Notes: a model not told the origin generated them from the letters alone. Positions 30,946 through 40,582 are shown, counted from the first letter of the stretch. The stretch is DNA of 64,000 bases from Gammaproteobacteria bacterium (GCA_013003425.1 JABDJB010000094.1:6635-70634), one strand, 5' to 3'. Numbers and translations are program-made.

Positions 30946-31637
30946 GCGACGCGTGCGATGGTCCAGACGTCGACACGCGCGGCGCCGGCGCGTAGCAGAA
31001 CCCGCGTTAGCTCGGCCAACGTCGCGCCAGTAGTAAAAATATCGTCGACCAGCGCGACATGCCGGCCCCTGACCGGTTGGCGGACGGCAAACGCATGACG
31101 CAGGTTGCGCCGGCGTTGCGCAGCCTTGAGGCCTCTTTGTGGTGGCGTTGCAATGCGCCGGCTGCAGGCGGCGACGACGGGCACGTCTAACTGGCGTTGC
31201 AGCGGACGAGCGATTTCGTCGGCCTGGTTGAAGCGGCGCAGCAGCTGGCGACGCCAGTGCAGCGGTGTAGGAACAATCAGCTCCGGCAGAGCGTCGTCGA
31301 AACTGGCAACCCATTGCGCTAACAACTCCCCGAGCACGCGGCCATGCGCCAGGCGACGCTGGAATTTCAGCTGTCGCAGCAGGCTGTCGACCGGAAATTC
31401 ATAGCGCAAAGGCGCATGCGCCCGATGCCACAACGGCGGGCGTACAGCGCATTCACCACACAGCCCGCCGGTGGCCAGCGGCAGTGCGCAGCGCAGGCAG
31501 CAGGGAAGATTCCAGGGGAGCTCAACTGCGCAATGCCGGCACAGGTCACGATTGTTGCCGCGACCGCCGCATACCACGCAGCGCGGCGGCATGAGCCATT
31601 CGCCGAGCCGGGTGGTGAACTGCGTGGTATCGGGCAT
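30939..31637 (-). CDS. comF: ComF/GntX family competence protein (zinc ribbon + PRTase-like)
   Basis: CVVC..LCRHC..CLRC..CGEC, VPTPLHWRR.L.RRFNQA, VALVDDIFTTGAT. Confidence 0.9.
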   Translation of the reverse strand: MPDTTQFTTRLGEWLMPPRCVVCGGRGNNRDLCRHCAVELPWNLPCCLRCALPLATGGLCGECAVRPPLWHRAHAPLRYEFPVDSLLRQLKFQRRLAHGRVLGELLAQWVASFDDALPELIVPTPLHWRRQLLRRFNQADEIARPLQRQLDVPVVAACSRRIATPPQRGLKAAQRRRNLRHAFAVRQPVRGRHVALVDDIFTTGATLAELTRVLLRAGAARVDVWTIARVAK

Positions 31638-31711
31638 GGGCCTGATGATTGCTGCACCGGAGATGGCGGTCGAGTTGGATTTCTGGCGTAAAAGCCTTCA
31701 ATAATGTTGCC

Positions 31712-32563
31712 GTGAACGAATACAGACTGGAGAAATCGCGCGTTTTGCAGGGTTTTGAGCGCGCGGCGCCGGATTATGAGGCGAACGCCGTCGTTGTACG
31801 AGAGATACGCGCGCGGCTGCTTGAACGGCTCGACTACCTGGCAATCGATCCGAAGGTCGTGCTGGACCTGGGCGCAGCCAGCGGTTTTTCCGCTCTGAAG
31901 TTGAGCAAGCGCTACCCACGGGCCGGTATCCTTTGCCTGGATATCGCGCCGGCGATGATCGCTGCGGTGCCCGCTGCGGATCGAATTCGTGGCATGTGTG
32001 CCGATGCCGCCGCAATGCCGTTGCCCGATGCCAGCGTCGATCTGATTTTCAGCAACCTGATGCTGCCATGGTGCGATGATCTCGATGCTGTGCTGGTCGA
32101 GTGCTGCCGCGTGTTGCGTCCGCATGGTGCCTTCAGTTTCGCGACCTTCGGTCCGGACACGCTGAAGGAGTTGCGCCAGGCATGGCGCACGGTGGATGAC
32201 TACGAGCACGTGCACCCCTTTTTCGACATGCACGATATCGGTGACGCCCTGATGCGGGCGGGATTTGCCGAGCCGGTCATGGACGTGGAGGAGGTGCGGG
32301 CAACTTACACGGATGTTGCCGGCCTGCTGCGCGACCTGCGCGGAATGGGCTCGCTCAACGCCCTGCCGGGGCGGCGTCGTGGCCTGTCTGGCCGGTCAGC
32401 GTTGCGCCGGCTCGGCGCAGCATACGAGACGCATCGCGACGATAGCGTGCTGCCTGCGACTTTCGAGGTGGTCTACGGCCAGGCCTGGGGCCCGCTCCCC
32501 GGCCGGCAGCAAACGCGCGATGGAGTGACCCGCATCCCGATAGACAGCATCCCGCACCGCTAA
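31712..32563 (+). CDS. bioC: Malonyl-ACP O-methyltransferase BioC
   Basis: VLDLGAASG SAM motif, SVDLIFSNLMLPW, GPDTLKEL, HPFFDMHDIGDAL.RAGFAEPVMD, ATFEVVYG; divergent from comF as is conserved. Confidence 0.88.
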   Translation: MNEYRLEKSRVLQGFERAAPDYEANAVVVREIRARLLERLDYLAIDPKVVLDLGAASGFSALKLSKRYPRAGILCLDIAPAMIAAVPAADRIRGMCADAAAMPLPDASVDLIFSNLMLPWCDDLDAVLVECCRVLRPHGAFSFATFGPDTLKELRQAWRTVDDYEHVHPFFDMHDIGDALMRAGFAEPVMDVEEVRATYTDVAGLLRDLRGMGSLNALPGRRRGLSGRSALRRLGAAYETHRDDSVLPATFEVVYGQAWGPLPGRQQTRDGVTRIPIDSIPHR

Positions 32564-32717
32564 TCGCGACAGCTGGGTCGATTTCGGATAGCGCCTAATG
32601 TAACAGCATGTTTTTGTGAGGAATTCCGGATAATTGATCCGTGCTTTCACCGGGCTGCGGCAGCCGCCGGCGCAGGCAGGTTTGTCGCTGTTGAAACGGT
32701 TCCAGTACCATTTTCCC

Positions 32718-33239
32718 GTGGCTTCCGCAGAGCAATCCCCCCACCGTATCCAGGTGACGCCGAACTGCAGCCTTAGCTGGCGCGCGGCAGTGATCTTCTA
32801 CCTGTGGGTATGCACGGCGTCGCTGGGTATCGCGCTGGTATTTGTCTGGTTGGGCTACTGGCCGGTGCTGCCGTTTGCGGGCCTGGAAATGATGGTGCTG
32901 GGTGTGGCGTTGTGGCTCAGCCTGCATCGTGGCAGCTATCGCGAGGTGATCAGCATTTTCCCCGACCGGATCGAAGTTGCACGCGGGCGCACACGACAGC
33001 GGGAATGCACGGTATTTCCCCTGCATTGGGCGCGTGTTAACCTGCGCCCGACCCGACTTGCGTCTTATCCGAGCCGGCTGGTAATCAGCTCGCATGGGCG
33101 CAGCTGCGAAATAGGCAGGTGTCTGACAGAGTCCGAAAGAATAGGGCTGGGCCGCAGGCTCGATGAGCTCATCGGCACAACAGCACACACGCCTGATCGC
33201 TGGCAAGAAGTCGCTAAACCCGGCAATGCGCATCGATGA
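32718..33239 (+). CDS. DUF2244 family membrane protein (cox-associated)
   Basis: PNCSLSW, GYWPVLPFAGLE, EIGRCLTE.ER; precedes coxB; start uncertain (32634 or GTG 32718). Confidence 0.8.
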   Translation: MASAEQSPHRIQVTPNCSLSWRAAVIFYLWVCTASLGIALVFVWLGYWPVLPFAGLEMMVLGVALWLSLHRGSYREVISIFPDRIEVARGRTRQRECTVFPLHWARVNLRPTRLASYPSRLVISSHGRSCEIGRCLTESERIGLGRRLDELIGTTAHTPDRWQEVAKPGNAHR

Positions 33240-33253
33240 CAGGAGTTTCCCTC

Positions 33254-34498
33254 ATGCGTGAGCGAATCCGCCAGTATTCCCGAAGTGCCGTATTCGGCCT
33301 GTTGAGTTTTTTCCTGCTCCTGCCGGCGGCGCTGGCTGACTGGGAACTCAATCTCATGCCGGGGGTGACGCCAATCAGTCGCGATACCTATCAGCTGCAC
33401 ATGCTCATTTTCTGGGTGTGCGTCGCGATTGCGGTCGTGGTTTTCGGCGTGATGTTTTATTCCTTATATATGTTCCGCCGCTCGCGGGGGGCGCAGCCCG
33501 ACACCACGATGGTCCATAGCACAAAGATGGAAATTATCTGGACCATCATCCCGATCGTCATCCTGGTGGCGATGGCAATTCCGGCAGCGGAATCGCTGAT
33601 AAAGATCGAGGACACGCGCGCTCCTGATATCACTATCAAGGTCACCGGGTACCAGTGGAAGTGGCACTACGAATACCTGGGCAGGCCGGATGATCCTTTT
33701 GTGCAGAGCAACTTCGGTTTCTTCAGCAATATCGATGCCGTGAGCAATGCTGCGCGTCAGGTTGGTTCCGGTGTTGATGTTTACCAGATCGAAAACTATC
33801 TGCGCGATGTCGATCGCCGGGTCATCGTTCCGGTCAACAAGAAAGTACGCATACTGCTTACCTCCAATGACGTACTGCATGCGTGGTGGGTGCCGGAACT
33901 AGGCGGCAAACGCGACGCGATACCCGGCTTCGTTAACGAAATGTGGTTCCAGGCCGAGGAGACCGGCGTTTACCGCGGCCAGTGTGCCGAGTTGTGCGGT
34001 CGTGATCACGGTTTCATGCCAATCGTAGTTGAGGTGCAGCCTGAGGATGAATTTGCCGCATGGGTGGCAGCAAACGGCGGGGCCGCTGGTGGCGGCGTGG
34101 CCGATGTCCCGGGTGGTTCGCAGGCAGCTACTGCATCAGCAGGTGGTGCTGCAGGCGGTGCCGGCAGCAGCGCCGCGGTCGACATGGATATGAGCATGGA
34201 TGAACTGATGAGCCGCGGCGAGTCTGCCTATCTCACCAATTGTTCGGCCTGCCACCAGCCCAACGGCCAGGGCCTGGAAGTGGGTGGCTTTCCGGCATTG
34301 GCCGGCAGTGCCATCGCGACCGGCCCGGTTGATGGCCATATAGGACAGTTGCTCAACGGCGTGCCGGGCACCGCGATGGCGTCATTCGCCTATCTCAGCG
34401 ACGCCGACATTGCAGCAATCATCACATATGAACGAAATGCCTGGGGTAACGACACCGGCGATATAGTCCAGCCGGCAGACGTCAAGGCAGCACGGTAA
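33254..34498 (+). CDS. coxB: Cytochrome c oxidase subunit II with C-terminal cytochrome c domain
   Basis: [19 protein letters not shown], Cu[14 protein letters not shown]-terminal CSACH heme site; SD AGGAG before ATG 33254. Confidence 0.96.
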   Translation: MRERIRQYSRSAVFGLLSFFLLLPAALADWELNLMPGVTPISRDTYQLHMLIFWVCVAIAVVVFGVMFYSLYMFRRSRGAQPDTTMVHSTKMEIIWTIIPIVILVAMAIPAAESLIKIEDTRAPDITIKVTGYQWKWHYEYLGRPDDPFVQSNFGFFSNIDAVSNAARQVGSGVDVYQIENYLRDVDRRVIVPVNKKVRILLTSNDVLHAWWVPELGGKRDAIPGFVNEMWFQAEETGVYRGQCAELCGRDHGFMPIVVEVQPEDEFAAWVAANGGAAGGGVADVPGGSQAATASAGGAAGGAGSSAAVDMDMSMDELMSRGESAYLTNCSACHQPNGQGLEVGGFPALAGSAIATGPVDGHIGQLLNGVPGTAMASFAYLSDADIAAIITYERNAWGNDTGDIVQPADVKAAR

Positions 34499-34517
34499 AT
34501 CTAAGGGGAGCGCTCAT

Positions 34518-36095
34518 ATGAGCACAGCCACAGACGCACATCACGACGAGCATCACGACGCACCGAGCGGTTGGCGGCGGTGGGTATTTGCCACCAATCA
34601 CAAGGACATCGGCACCATGTACCTGGTGTTTGCGCTGACCTTGTTCTTTGTCGGCGGCGCCATGGCCATGGTAATTCGTGCCGAGCTGTTCCAGCCCGGG
34701 CTGCAGTTTGTCGATCCGGGCTTCTTCAACCAGATGACCACCATGCACGCGCTGATGATGATATTCGGCGCTGTCATGCCGGCCTTTGTCGGCCTGGCCA
34801 ACTGGATGGTGCCGCTGATGGTCGGTGCGCCCGATATGGCGCTGCCGCGTATGAACAACTGGAGCTTCTGGATTTTGCCGGTCGCCTTTGGCCTGTTGTT
34901 GTCTACGCTTTTTGTCAGCGGTGGAGCCCCCGCCGCCGGCTGGACCATGTACCCGCCCCTGGTTTTGCAGACAGGCGATGCATTTCCGTTCCTGATCTTC
35001 TCGGTTCACCTGATGGGTATGTCGTCAATCATGGGCGCGATCAATATCGTCGTTACCATCATGAACATGCGTGCGCCGGGTATGGGCCTGCTGAAGATGC
35101 CGCTGTTTGTCTGGACCTGGCTGATCACCGCTTACCTGCTCATCCTGGCGATGCCGGTGCTTGCCGGCGCGGTGACTATGCTGCTTACCGATGAGTATTT
35201 TGGCACCAGCTTTTTCAATGCCGGTGGCGGTGGTGATCCGCTGATGTTCCAGCATGTGTTCTGGTTCTTTGGTCATCCCGAGGTCTACATCATGATCCTG
35301 CCGGCGTTTGGCATCGTGTCGCAGATCATCCCGACCTTTGCGCGTAAACCGCTATTCGGCTACGACTCGATGGTGTACGCCACTGCCAGTATCGCGTTCC
35401 TGTCCTTCATCGTCTGGGCGCACCACATGTTCACCGTTGGCATGCCGCTGGCCGGCCAGCTGTTCTTCATGTTTGCCACCATGCTCATTGCGGTGCCGAC
35501 CGGGGTGAAGGTATTTAACTGGATGACAACGATGTGGCGTGGCTCGATGACGTTCGAGACGCCCATGCTTTTTGCTATCGGGTTTGTGTTCCTTTTCACC
35601 ATTGGCGGGTTTTCCGGTTTGATGCTCGGTATCACTCCGGCTGACTTCCAGTATCACGATACGTATTTCGTGGTGGCGCACTTTCACTACGTACTGGTGC
35701 CGGGCGCGGTGTTCGCGATCATGGCGGGCGTCTACTACTGGCTGCCCAAGTGGACCGGCCACATGTACAACGAGAAGCTGGGCAAGCTGCATTTCTGGCT
35801 GTCGGCAATTTTTGTCAACGTTACGTTTTTCCCGCAGCACTTCCTCGGGCTGGCCGGCATGCCGCGCCGTATACCCGACTACGCAACCCAGTTTGCCGAC
35901 TTCAACATGGTGTCGAGCATTGGTGCATTTGTTTTTGGTGCCAGCCAGCTGCTGTTCGTCTACATCATATGGAGCTGCGTGCGTGGCGGTGAAAAAGCCT
36001 CGCAGCAGGTCTGGGAAGGTGCCGAGGGTCTGGAGTGGACCGTTCCGTCACCAGCTCCGCACCACACCTTTGAGGTTGCCCCCGAGGTCAAGTAA
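34518..36095 (+). CDS. coxA: Cytochrome c oxidase subunit I (A1 type)
   Basis: [33 protein letters not shown]. Confidence 0.98.
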   Translation: MSTATDAHHDEHHDAPSGWRRWVFATNHKDIGTMYLVFALTLFFVGGAMAMVIRAELFQPGLQFVDPGFFNQMTTMHALMMIFGAVMPAFVGLANWMVPLMVGAPDMALPRMNNWSFWILPVAFGLLLSTLFVSGGAPAAGWTMYPPLVLQTGDAFPFLIFSVHLMGMSSIMGAINIVVTIMNMRAPGMGLLKMPLFVWTWLITAYLLILAMPVLAGAVTMLLTDEYFGTSFFNAGGGGDPLMFQHVFWFFGHPEVYIMILPAFGIVSQIIPTFARKPLFGYDSMVYATASIAFLSFIVWAHHMFTVGMPLAGQLFFMFATMLIAVPTGVKVFNWMTTMWRGSMTFETPMLFAIGFVFLFTIGGFSGLMLGITPADFQYHDTYFVVAHFHYVLVPGAVFAIMAGVYYWLPKWTGHMYNEKLGKLHFWLSAIFVNVTFFPQHFLGLAGMPRRIPDYATQFADFNMVSSIGAFVFGASQLLFVYIIWSCVRGGEKASQQVWEGAEGLEWTVPSPAPHHTFEVAPEVK

Positions 36096-36101
36096 TAAGG
36101 C

Positions 36102-36227
36102 GTGGACAGACACGATGACAATAGCCGCAGGTCGCGGGTGATTTCCTGGGCGATTGGCTTAGGGGTTTTCGCGGTGGCCGTCTATGCGACATTTATCTAC
36201 CTGGTCAGTATCCGGGGTGGTGGCTGA
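36102..36227 (+). CDS. Small single-TM protein (41 aa) between coxA and ctaG
   Basis: Manual translation MDRHDDNSRRSRVISWAIGLGVFAVAVYATFIYLVSIRGGG; GTG 6 nt after coxA stop; its TGA overlaps the ctaG ATG. Confidence 0.7.
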   Translation: MDRHDDNSRRSRVISWAIGLGVFAVAVYATFIYLVSIRGGG

Positions 36228-36766
36228 TGGAGGGTAATGCCTGGTTTGCCGGCAAACTGGCGGTCATGGTGGTGGCCATGTTCGGTTTTGGCTACCTGCT
36301 GGTGCCGATGTACGATGTGTTCTGCGAGCTCACCGGCCTCAATGGCAAGACCGCCAGCGCGGCAGCGATTGCAACGGAGGCGGTTAGCGACAGACAGGTT
36401 ACCGTCGAGTTCATTGCCTCGACCAATCAGCACGCACCGTGGGAATTCCGTCCGGCGGTATCAAAAATGACGGTACAGCCCGGCAAATTTTACGACACCA
36501 CGTTTTTCGCACGTAACCGCACCGACCGGCCGCTGATCGGCCATGCCGTGCCGAGCGTAGCGCCGGGGCAGGCGGCAAGACACTTCCAGAAAACCGAGTG
36601 CTTCTGTTTCACCGAACAGGATTTTGACGCACACGAAGGCCGTGACATGCCGCTGCGTTTTATTCTCGATCCGGATCTGCCGGCACATATTGAAACCGTT
36701 ACCCTTTCATATACTTTCTTTGCACAGCAACGGGTCGCCGATAGCGATGCCGACATGGGGAACTGA
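36227..36766 (+). CDS. ctaG: Cytochrome c oxidase assembly protein CtaG/Cox11
   Basis: MFGFGYLLVPMYDVFCELTG.NGKT, KTECFCF.EQ, TLSYTFF. Confidence 0.95.
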   Translation: MEGNAWFAGKLAVMVVAMFGFGYLLVPMYDVFCELTGLNGKTASAAAIATEAVSDRQVTVEFIASTNQHAPWEFRPAVSKMTVQPGKFYDTTFFARNRTDRPLIGHAVPSVAPGQAARHFQKTECFCFTEQDFDAHEGRDMPLRFILDPDLPAHIETVTLSYTFFAQQRVADSDADMGN

Positions 36767-36768
36767 GC

Positions 36769-37650
36769 ATGGACCATACTTCTGACCGCTATTACATACC
36801 GCACGGCAGCCCCTGGCCCATCGTGGGTTCGATTGCGCTGCTACTGCTGATGTTCGGCGTGGCGTCGACGCTCAACGGCGCCGCCATAGGCCGGTTTTCG
36901 ATGATGGCCGGTGCCGCGGTGCTGCTGTTCATGCTGTTCGGCTGGTTCGGCGTCGTGATCAAGGAAAGCGTTGACGGGTATTACAACCAGCAGGTCGACC
37001 GCTCGTTCCGCATGGGCATGGCGTGGTTTATTGCCTCCGAAGTAATGTTTTTCGCGGCATTTTTCGGTGCGCTGTTTTATGCGCGGCAGATATCGCTGCC
37101 GTGGCTTGCCGGTGAAAGTAACAACTTCTTTACCAACTTTCTGCTTTGGCCCGGTTTCGAAAACGCGTGGCCCTCCAATGGCCCTGCCGAGATCGGCGGC
37201 GAGTACAAGCCGATGGGGCCCTGGGGTTTGCCTGCTATCAACACGGCCATCCTGTTGACCAGTGGTGTGACTATTACTATCGCGCATCATGCGCTGAGAG
37301 CAGGTAACCGTGGCGTATTGAATATTTTTCTCGGTTTGACCTGGCTGCTGGGCTTTTTGTTTGTGGGGCTGCAGGCGTTCGAGTATATGCATGCATACCA
37401 CGACATTACCGATGGAGGTCTGAGCCTGCGGCTCGACAGCGGCATCTATGGCTCAACATTTTTTATGCTTACGGGCTTCCACGGCCTGCATGTAACCCTT
37501 GGCGCAACCATGCTGATCGTTATCTGGTTTCGCTGTCTGAAGGGACACTTCACGCCTGACAAGCACTTCGGTTTTGAGGGCGTTGCCTGGTACTGGCACT
37601 TTGTCGACGTGGTCTGGCTGGGCTTGTTCATTTTTGTCTACTGGCTATAG
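36769..37650 (+). CDS. coxC: Cytochrome c oxidase subunit III
   Basis: GMAWFIASEVMFF, YGSTFFMLTGFHGLHV, AWYWHFVDVVW. Confidence 0.97.
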   Translation: MDHTSDRYYIPHGSPWPIVGSIALLLLMFGVASTLNGAAIGRFSMMAGAAVLLFMLFGWFGVVIKESVDGYYNQQVDRSFRMGMAWFIASEVMFFAAFFGALFYARQISLPWLAGESNNFFTNFLLWPGFENAWPSNGPAEIGGEYKPMGPWGLPAINTAILLTSGVTITIAHHALRAGNRGVLNIFLGLTWLLGFLFVGLQAFEYMHAYHDITDGGLSLRLDSGIYGSTFFMLTGFHGLHVTLGATMLIVIWFRCLKGHFTPDKHFGFEGVAWYWHFVDVVWLGLFIFVYWL

Positions 37651-37869
37651 ATGGTTGCTGCCAAGTTATTCGTTCTTGTTGTATTCGTCGGAATTCTGCT
37701 GAGTCTCGGCTCGGCCATGTTTTACCTGGTGCGTGACAAGGGCGATTCAGACCGCACGCTGAAGGCGCTGACCTGGCGTATCGGTCTGTCAGTAGCACTG
37801 TTTGCCTCGCTGTTCATTGCTTACTGGCTCGGGTTGATACAGCCACACGGCGTCACGCCGACCGGCTGA
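37651..37869 (+). CDS. DUF2909 / twin-transmembrane-helix small protein
   Basis: SLGSAMFYLVRDKG.SDRTLKALTWRIGLSV. Confidence 0.85.
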   Translation: MVAAKLFVLVVFVGILLSLGSAMFYLVRDKGDSDRTLKALTWRIGLSVALFASLFIAYWLGLIQPHGVTPTG

Positions 37870-38589
37870 TTGGGCCACTCCAGCGAAAACCCGCGCCGGC
37901 CGCCCTGGCTGCCCGTGGTCGCTATGCTGCTGGTATTGCCACTATTGCTATATCTGGGCTTCTGGCAGCTGGATCGTGCCGGGCAGAAACAGGTGATGTT
38001 CGACCGCTTCGGTGCAGCCGAAGATGCATTGGACTTCAACGATGTCGCTGATCAGTCACCGGAATCGCTGCGCTACCGCAAGGTGCGACTACGCGGGCGT
38101 TATCTGCCGGAACGGCAGTTTCTGCTGGAAGGCATGTTTCACGAAAGTCGTCCGGGGCTGCACGTGCTCACGCCGCTGCAGCTGGCCGACGGCGCCGGGA
38201 TAGTGCTGGTCAATCGCGGCTGGATACCGGAAACACTCACACGGGAAACACGTCCCGACCTGTCCGTCGCAGGCAGCTGGGGTGATATACAGGGTCGGGT
38301 AGTGCCGTATCCACAGCCCGGCATGCGCCTTGGCGGCGAACCTGAGGAAGGCTGGCCGCAGCGAGTCGTTTATCCTACGCCGGCAGAAATTGCCGCAGCG
38401 CTGCAGACTGAAATTTTGCCGCACCTGATCTGGCTCGACTCCGCAGCTGCCGACGGATTTGTTCGCGCATGGAAGCCGGCGGAGTTCGGACCGGCACGGC
38501 ATATCGGATACGCCGTACAATGGTTTGCGCTGGCTTTCACGCTGATCCTTCTTTACATCATTTTTAAATTCCGCCGACACGATGACTGA
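37870..38589 (+). CDS. SURF1 family cytochrome oxidase biogenesis protein
   Basis: LGFWQLDRA, VLVNRGW, RHIGYAVQWF. Confidence 0.93.
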   Translation: MGHSSENPRRPPWLPVVAMLLVLPLLLYLGFWQLDRAGQKQVMFDRFGAAEDALDFNDVADQSPESLRYRKVRLRGRYLPERQFLLEGMFHESRPGLHVLTPLQLADGAGIVLVNRGWIPETLTRETRPDLSVAGSWGDIQGRVVPYPQPGMRLGGEPEEGWPQRVVYPTPAEIAAALQTEILPHLIWLDSAAADGFVRAWKPAEFGPARHIGYAVQWFALAFTLILLYIIFKFRRHDD

Positions 38590-39166
38590 GACAGCCGAAC
38601 ACCGTGGGCGTGGCACCCTGATTGCCATGGGGTTGCTGTTTATCGGCCCGCTTGCCCTGGCCTGGACGCTGTACCTGACCGGCGTGTGGCAGCCCGGCGC
38701 AGGCGCTAACCACGGCCAGCTGATTGAGCCGATTATCACTCTGCCGCGAGACGCACAGCCGCTGGCAGGCGGCGGTGTCAGCGAGGGCGGTTTTCTGTAC
38801 GGTCGCTGGACGCTGGTGCATTACCTGAACGGTGACTGCGACGAAAGCTGTGTTGCGGCAATCTACAAGACGCGGCAGGTCCGCATTGCGATGGGGCGAG
38901 AAACCGAGCGTATCGACCGCGTGCTGGTTTTACATGATGCGGCAGTGCCCGAGCTGGGTGCTGGCAGCGAAGAACTGTTGACAATATCGCCGGCCGGCAC
39001 AGCGGGTATGCAGATCGTCGACGCGTTGACCAAAAATGGTGGCAGCGAACGGATCTTCCTGGTTGATCCATTGGGTAACCTGATATTGAGTTATCCGCGC
39101 GATGGTGCGCCTGCTGATATACGCGACGACCTTAAGAAACTGCTGCGCTTGTCACGAATTGGTTAA
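38582..39166 (+). CDS. Membrane-anchored thioredoxin/SCO-like protein of cox clusters
   Basis: TM, NHGQLIEP, GRWTL, CDESC (CxxxC), FLVDPLGNLILSY, DLKKLLRLS. Confidence 0.75.
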   Translation: MTETAEHRGRGTLIAMGLLFIGPLALAWTLYLTGVWQPGAGANHGQLIEPIITLPRDAQPLAGGGVSEGGFLYGRWTLVHYLNGDCDESCVAAIYKTRQVRIAMGRETERIDRVLVLHDAAVPELGAGSEELLTISPAGTAGMQIVDALTKNGGSERIFLVDPLGNLILSYPRDGAPADIRDDLKKLLRLSRIG

Positions 39167-39319
39167 ACAAAAAAGCAGCGGTCTGATTCTGTAAAAAAGT
39201 TTTATTTTTCCAGACTGCAAAATTCATCACAGAAGTTTTCCCGTACTTTTCCTACACTGCATGCGCTGGTTGAGCAGAGACCGGTACCGCGAATAGCGAA
39301 GCGCAAGTCTGCTGACGTG

Positions 39320-39441
39320 AGGCCCACAGGGCGGCGAAAGCTGCGGCGTGGGCCTTACTGTTTTCAGGCGCGGCACAACTGCACACAGATCGTGGAGACC
39401 CACAGGGCGGCGCAAGCTGCGGCGTAGGGTCTTTTTTTTTT
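39320..39441 (+). ncRNA. Tandem structured cis-RNA candidate (two GNRA hairpins with a conserved 3x3 internal loop, the second followed by U10)
   Basis: AGGCCCAC-AGG-GCGGC-GAAA-GCTGC-GGC-GTGGGCCT (39320-39355) and AGACCCAC-AGG-GCGGC-GCAA-GCTGC-GGC-GTAGGGTCT (39396-39432); compensatory G-C to A-U change. Confidence 0.55.
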
Positions 39442-39454
39442 GGGAGAAGGGAAA

Positions 39455-40234
39455 GTGAAGAGACTGGAACGGGTGCTTGGAATTACTGTAGCGGCTGCAG
39501 CGCTGATGCTGGCCGGGCCGGCAGCGCATGCCAAGAAAGACAAAAAAGCCGGACCGAAGGTCGGGCAGACAGAGCGAGTCATTATCGACGACAGTCAGTG
39601 CTGGCCCGAAGTGGGCGCGTTATTCGACCAGGAAAGCAACACTGTCAGTGTCGAATCTGCCAAGGATCTGTCCAACGTCGTTCTGCTGTTCGCCGACGGC
39701 ACCACGCAGCGTTACGAAGGCCTCCACGGGCACGACGCTGTCTTCGCCGGCAGCGGTGAAAACACGGGTAAGGCATTGACCGGCGTGTGGATCAAGTCAG
39801 GTTGTAACCACAGCGGCGATGGCCCTGGCTATGGTCAATTTGTCGAGAATGCGACGAACATTACCGAGCTGCCGGTAATCAGCATCGGCGATGTGCCCGG
39901 AATCATTGAGCCACGGTTGTCGGAGATCGTCGAGGTGCTATTCGAGGTCTCATTGTCAGAGATGGTGCCGCTGGGCGGTGAGCCCGTAACCGTCAGCTAT
40001 GTTTCGCGCGACGGCACCGCCACTGCTGGTATGGACTACATCCCGGTTGAGGGCGTGCTGGTTTTCGAGCCGGGTCAGATTACCGCGACCATCTCTGTCA
40101 TAGTGTTTGATGACTACCGGATTGAGGCGTTCGAAGAGCTGTTCTACATTGATCTCAGCAGCCCGCAGAACGCCCTGCTGGCAAATCCGACCGGTACGGG
40201 GACGATCCTGGACGACGATCGCGACGATTTCTAA
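39455..40234 (+). CDS. Secreted protein with C-terminal Calx-beta domain
   Basis: Signal peptide ending AHA, unknown N-domain (SAKDLSNVVL...GVWIKSG), Calx-beta VTVSYVSRDGTATAGMDY...VFEPGQ...DD...E...TILDDD; GTG 39455 with purine-rich SD. Confidence 0.8.
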   Translation: MKRLERVLGITVAAAALMLAGPAAHAKKDKKAGPKVGQTERVIIDDSQCWPEVGALFDQESNTVSVESAKDLSNVVLLFADGTTQRYEGLHGHDAVFAGSGENTGKALTGVWIKSGCNHSGDGPGYGQFVENATNITELPVISIGDVPGIIEPRLSEIVEVLFEVSLSEMVPLGGEPVTVSYVSRDGTATAGMDYIPVEGVLVFEPGQITATISVIVFDDYRIEAFEELFYIDLSSPQNALLANPTGTGTILDDDRDDF

Positions 40235-40255
40235 GTAATAGATACAAAGTACAGG

Positions 40256-40291
40256 AACCGGGTCGGCCCCAATGGCCGGCCCGGTTTTTTT
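40256..40291 (+). terminator. Intrinsic terminator after the Calx-beta gene
   Basis: AACCGGGTCGGCC/GGCCGGCCCGGTT stem followed by a T-run. Confidence 0.75.
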
Positions 40292-40342
40292 ATTTCTGCC
40301 GGCCCTGATGCCGTACAATAGTCCGCTGGAAGCGGGGGCGTA

Positions 40343-40582
40343 ATGAGAAGAATCAGTGAGATTCCGAAGTGGACCCTGGCGCTGAATAGCGTAGGTACGC
40401 TGGCGCTGGGTCTGGGCGTTTACGCGATGTTTGTCGACGGCGCGCTGCTGGTGGCCGGGCTGGATCTGCGCGATTTTGCCTGGTGGCTGATTATTGGCGG
40501 GATCCTGCTGATGCTGCCGCTGCTCAGGGCGCTGTTCGGCAACAGGGACAACAACAACTTGATGCGAGGCTACCGTGGCTGA
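40343..40582 (+). CDS. Small 2-TM hypothetical protein
   Basis: 79 aa, two hydrophobic stretches, SD-like GGGG upstream, stop overlaps the cox15 start. Confidence 0.6.
   Translation: MRRISEIPKWTLALNSVGTLALGLGVYAMFVDGALLVAGLDLRDFAWWLIIGGILLMLPLLRALFGNRDNNNLMRGYRG

Noticed and set aside
32564-32633. FNR or RegA/PrrA site upstream of the cox cluster
   Set aside because: TTGAT has no matching ATCAA half-site, and GCGAC-N6-GTCG is too degenerate to call.
39320-39355. c-di-GMP-I (GEMM) riboswitch identity for the tandem motif
   Set aside because: Shares CACAGGGC and a GAAA loop but lacks the AAACC, GGGACGCAAAGC and second-stem elements; kept as an unassigned motif.
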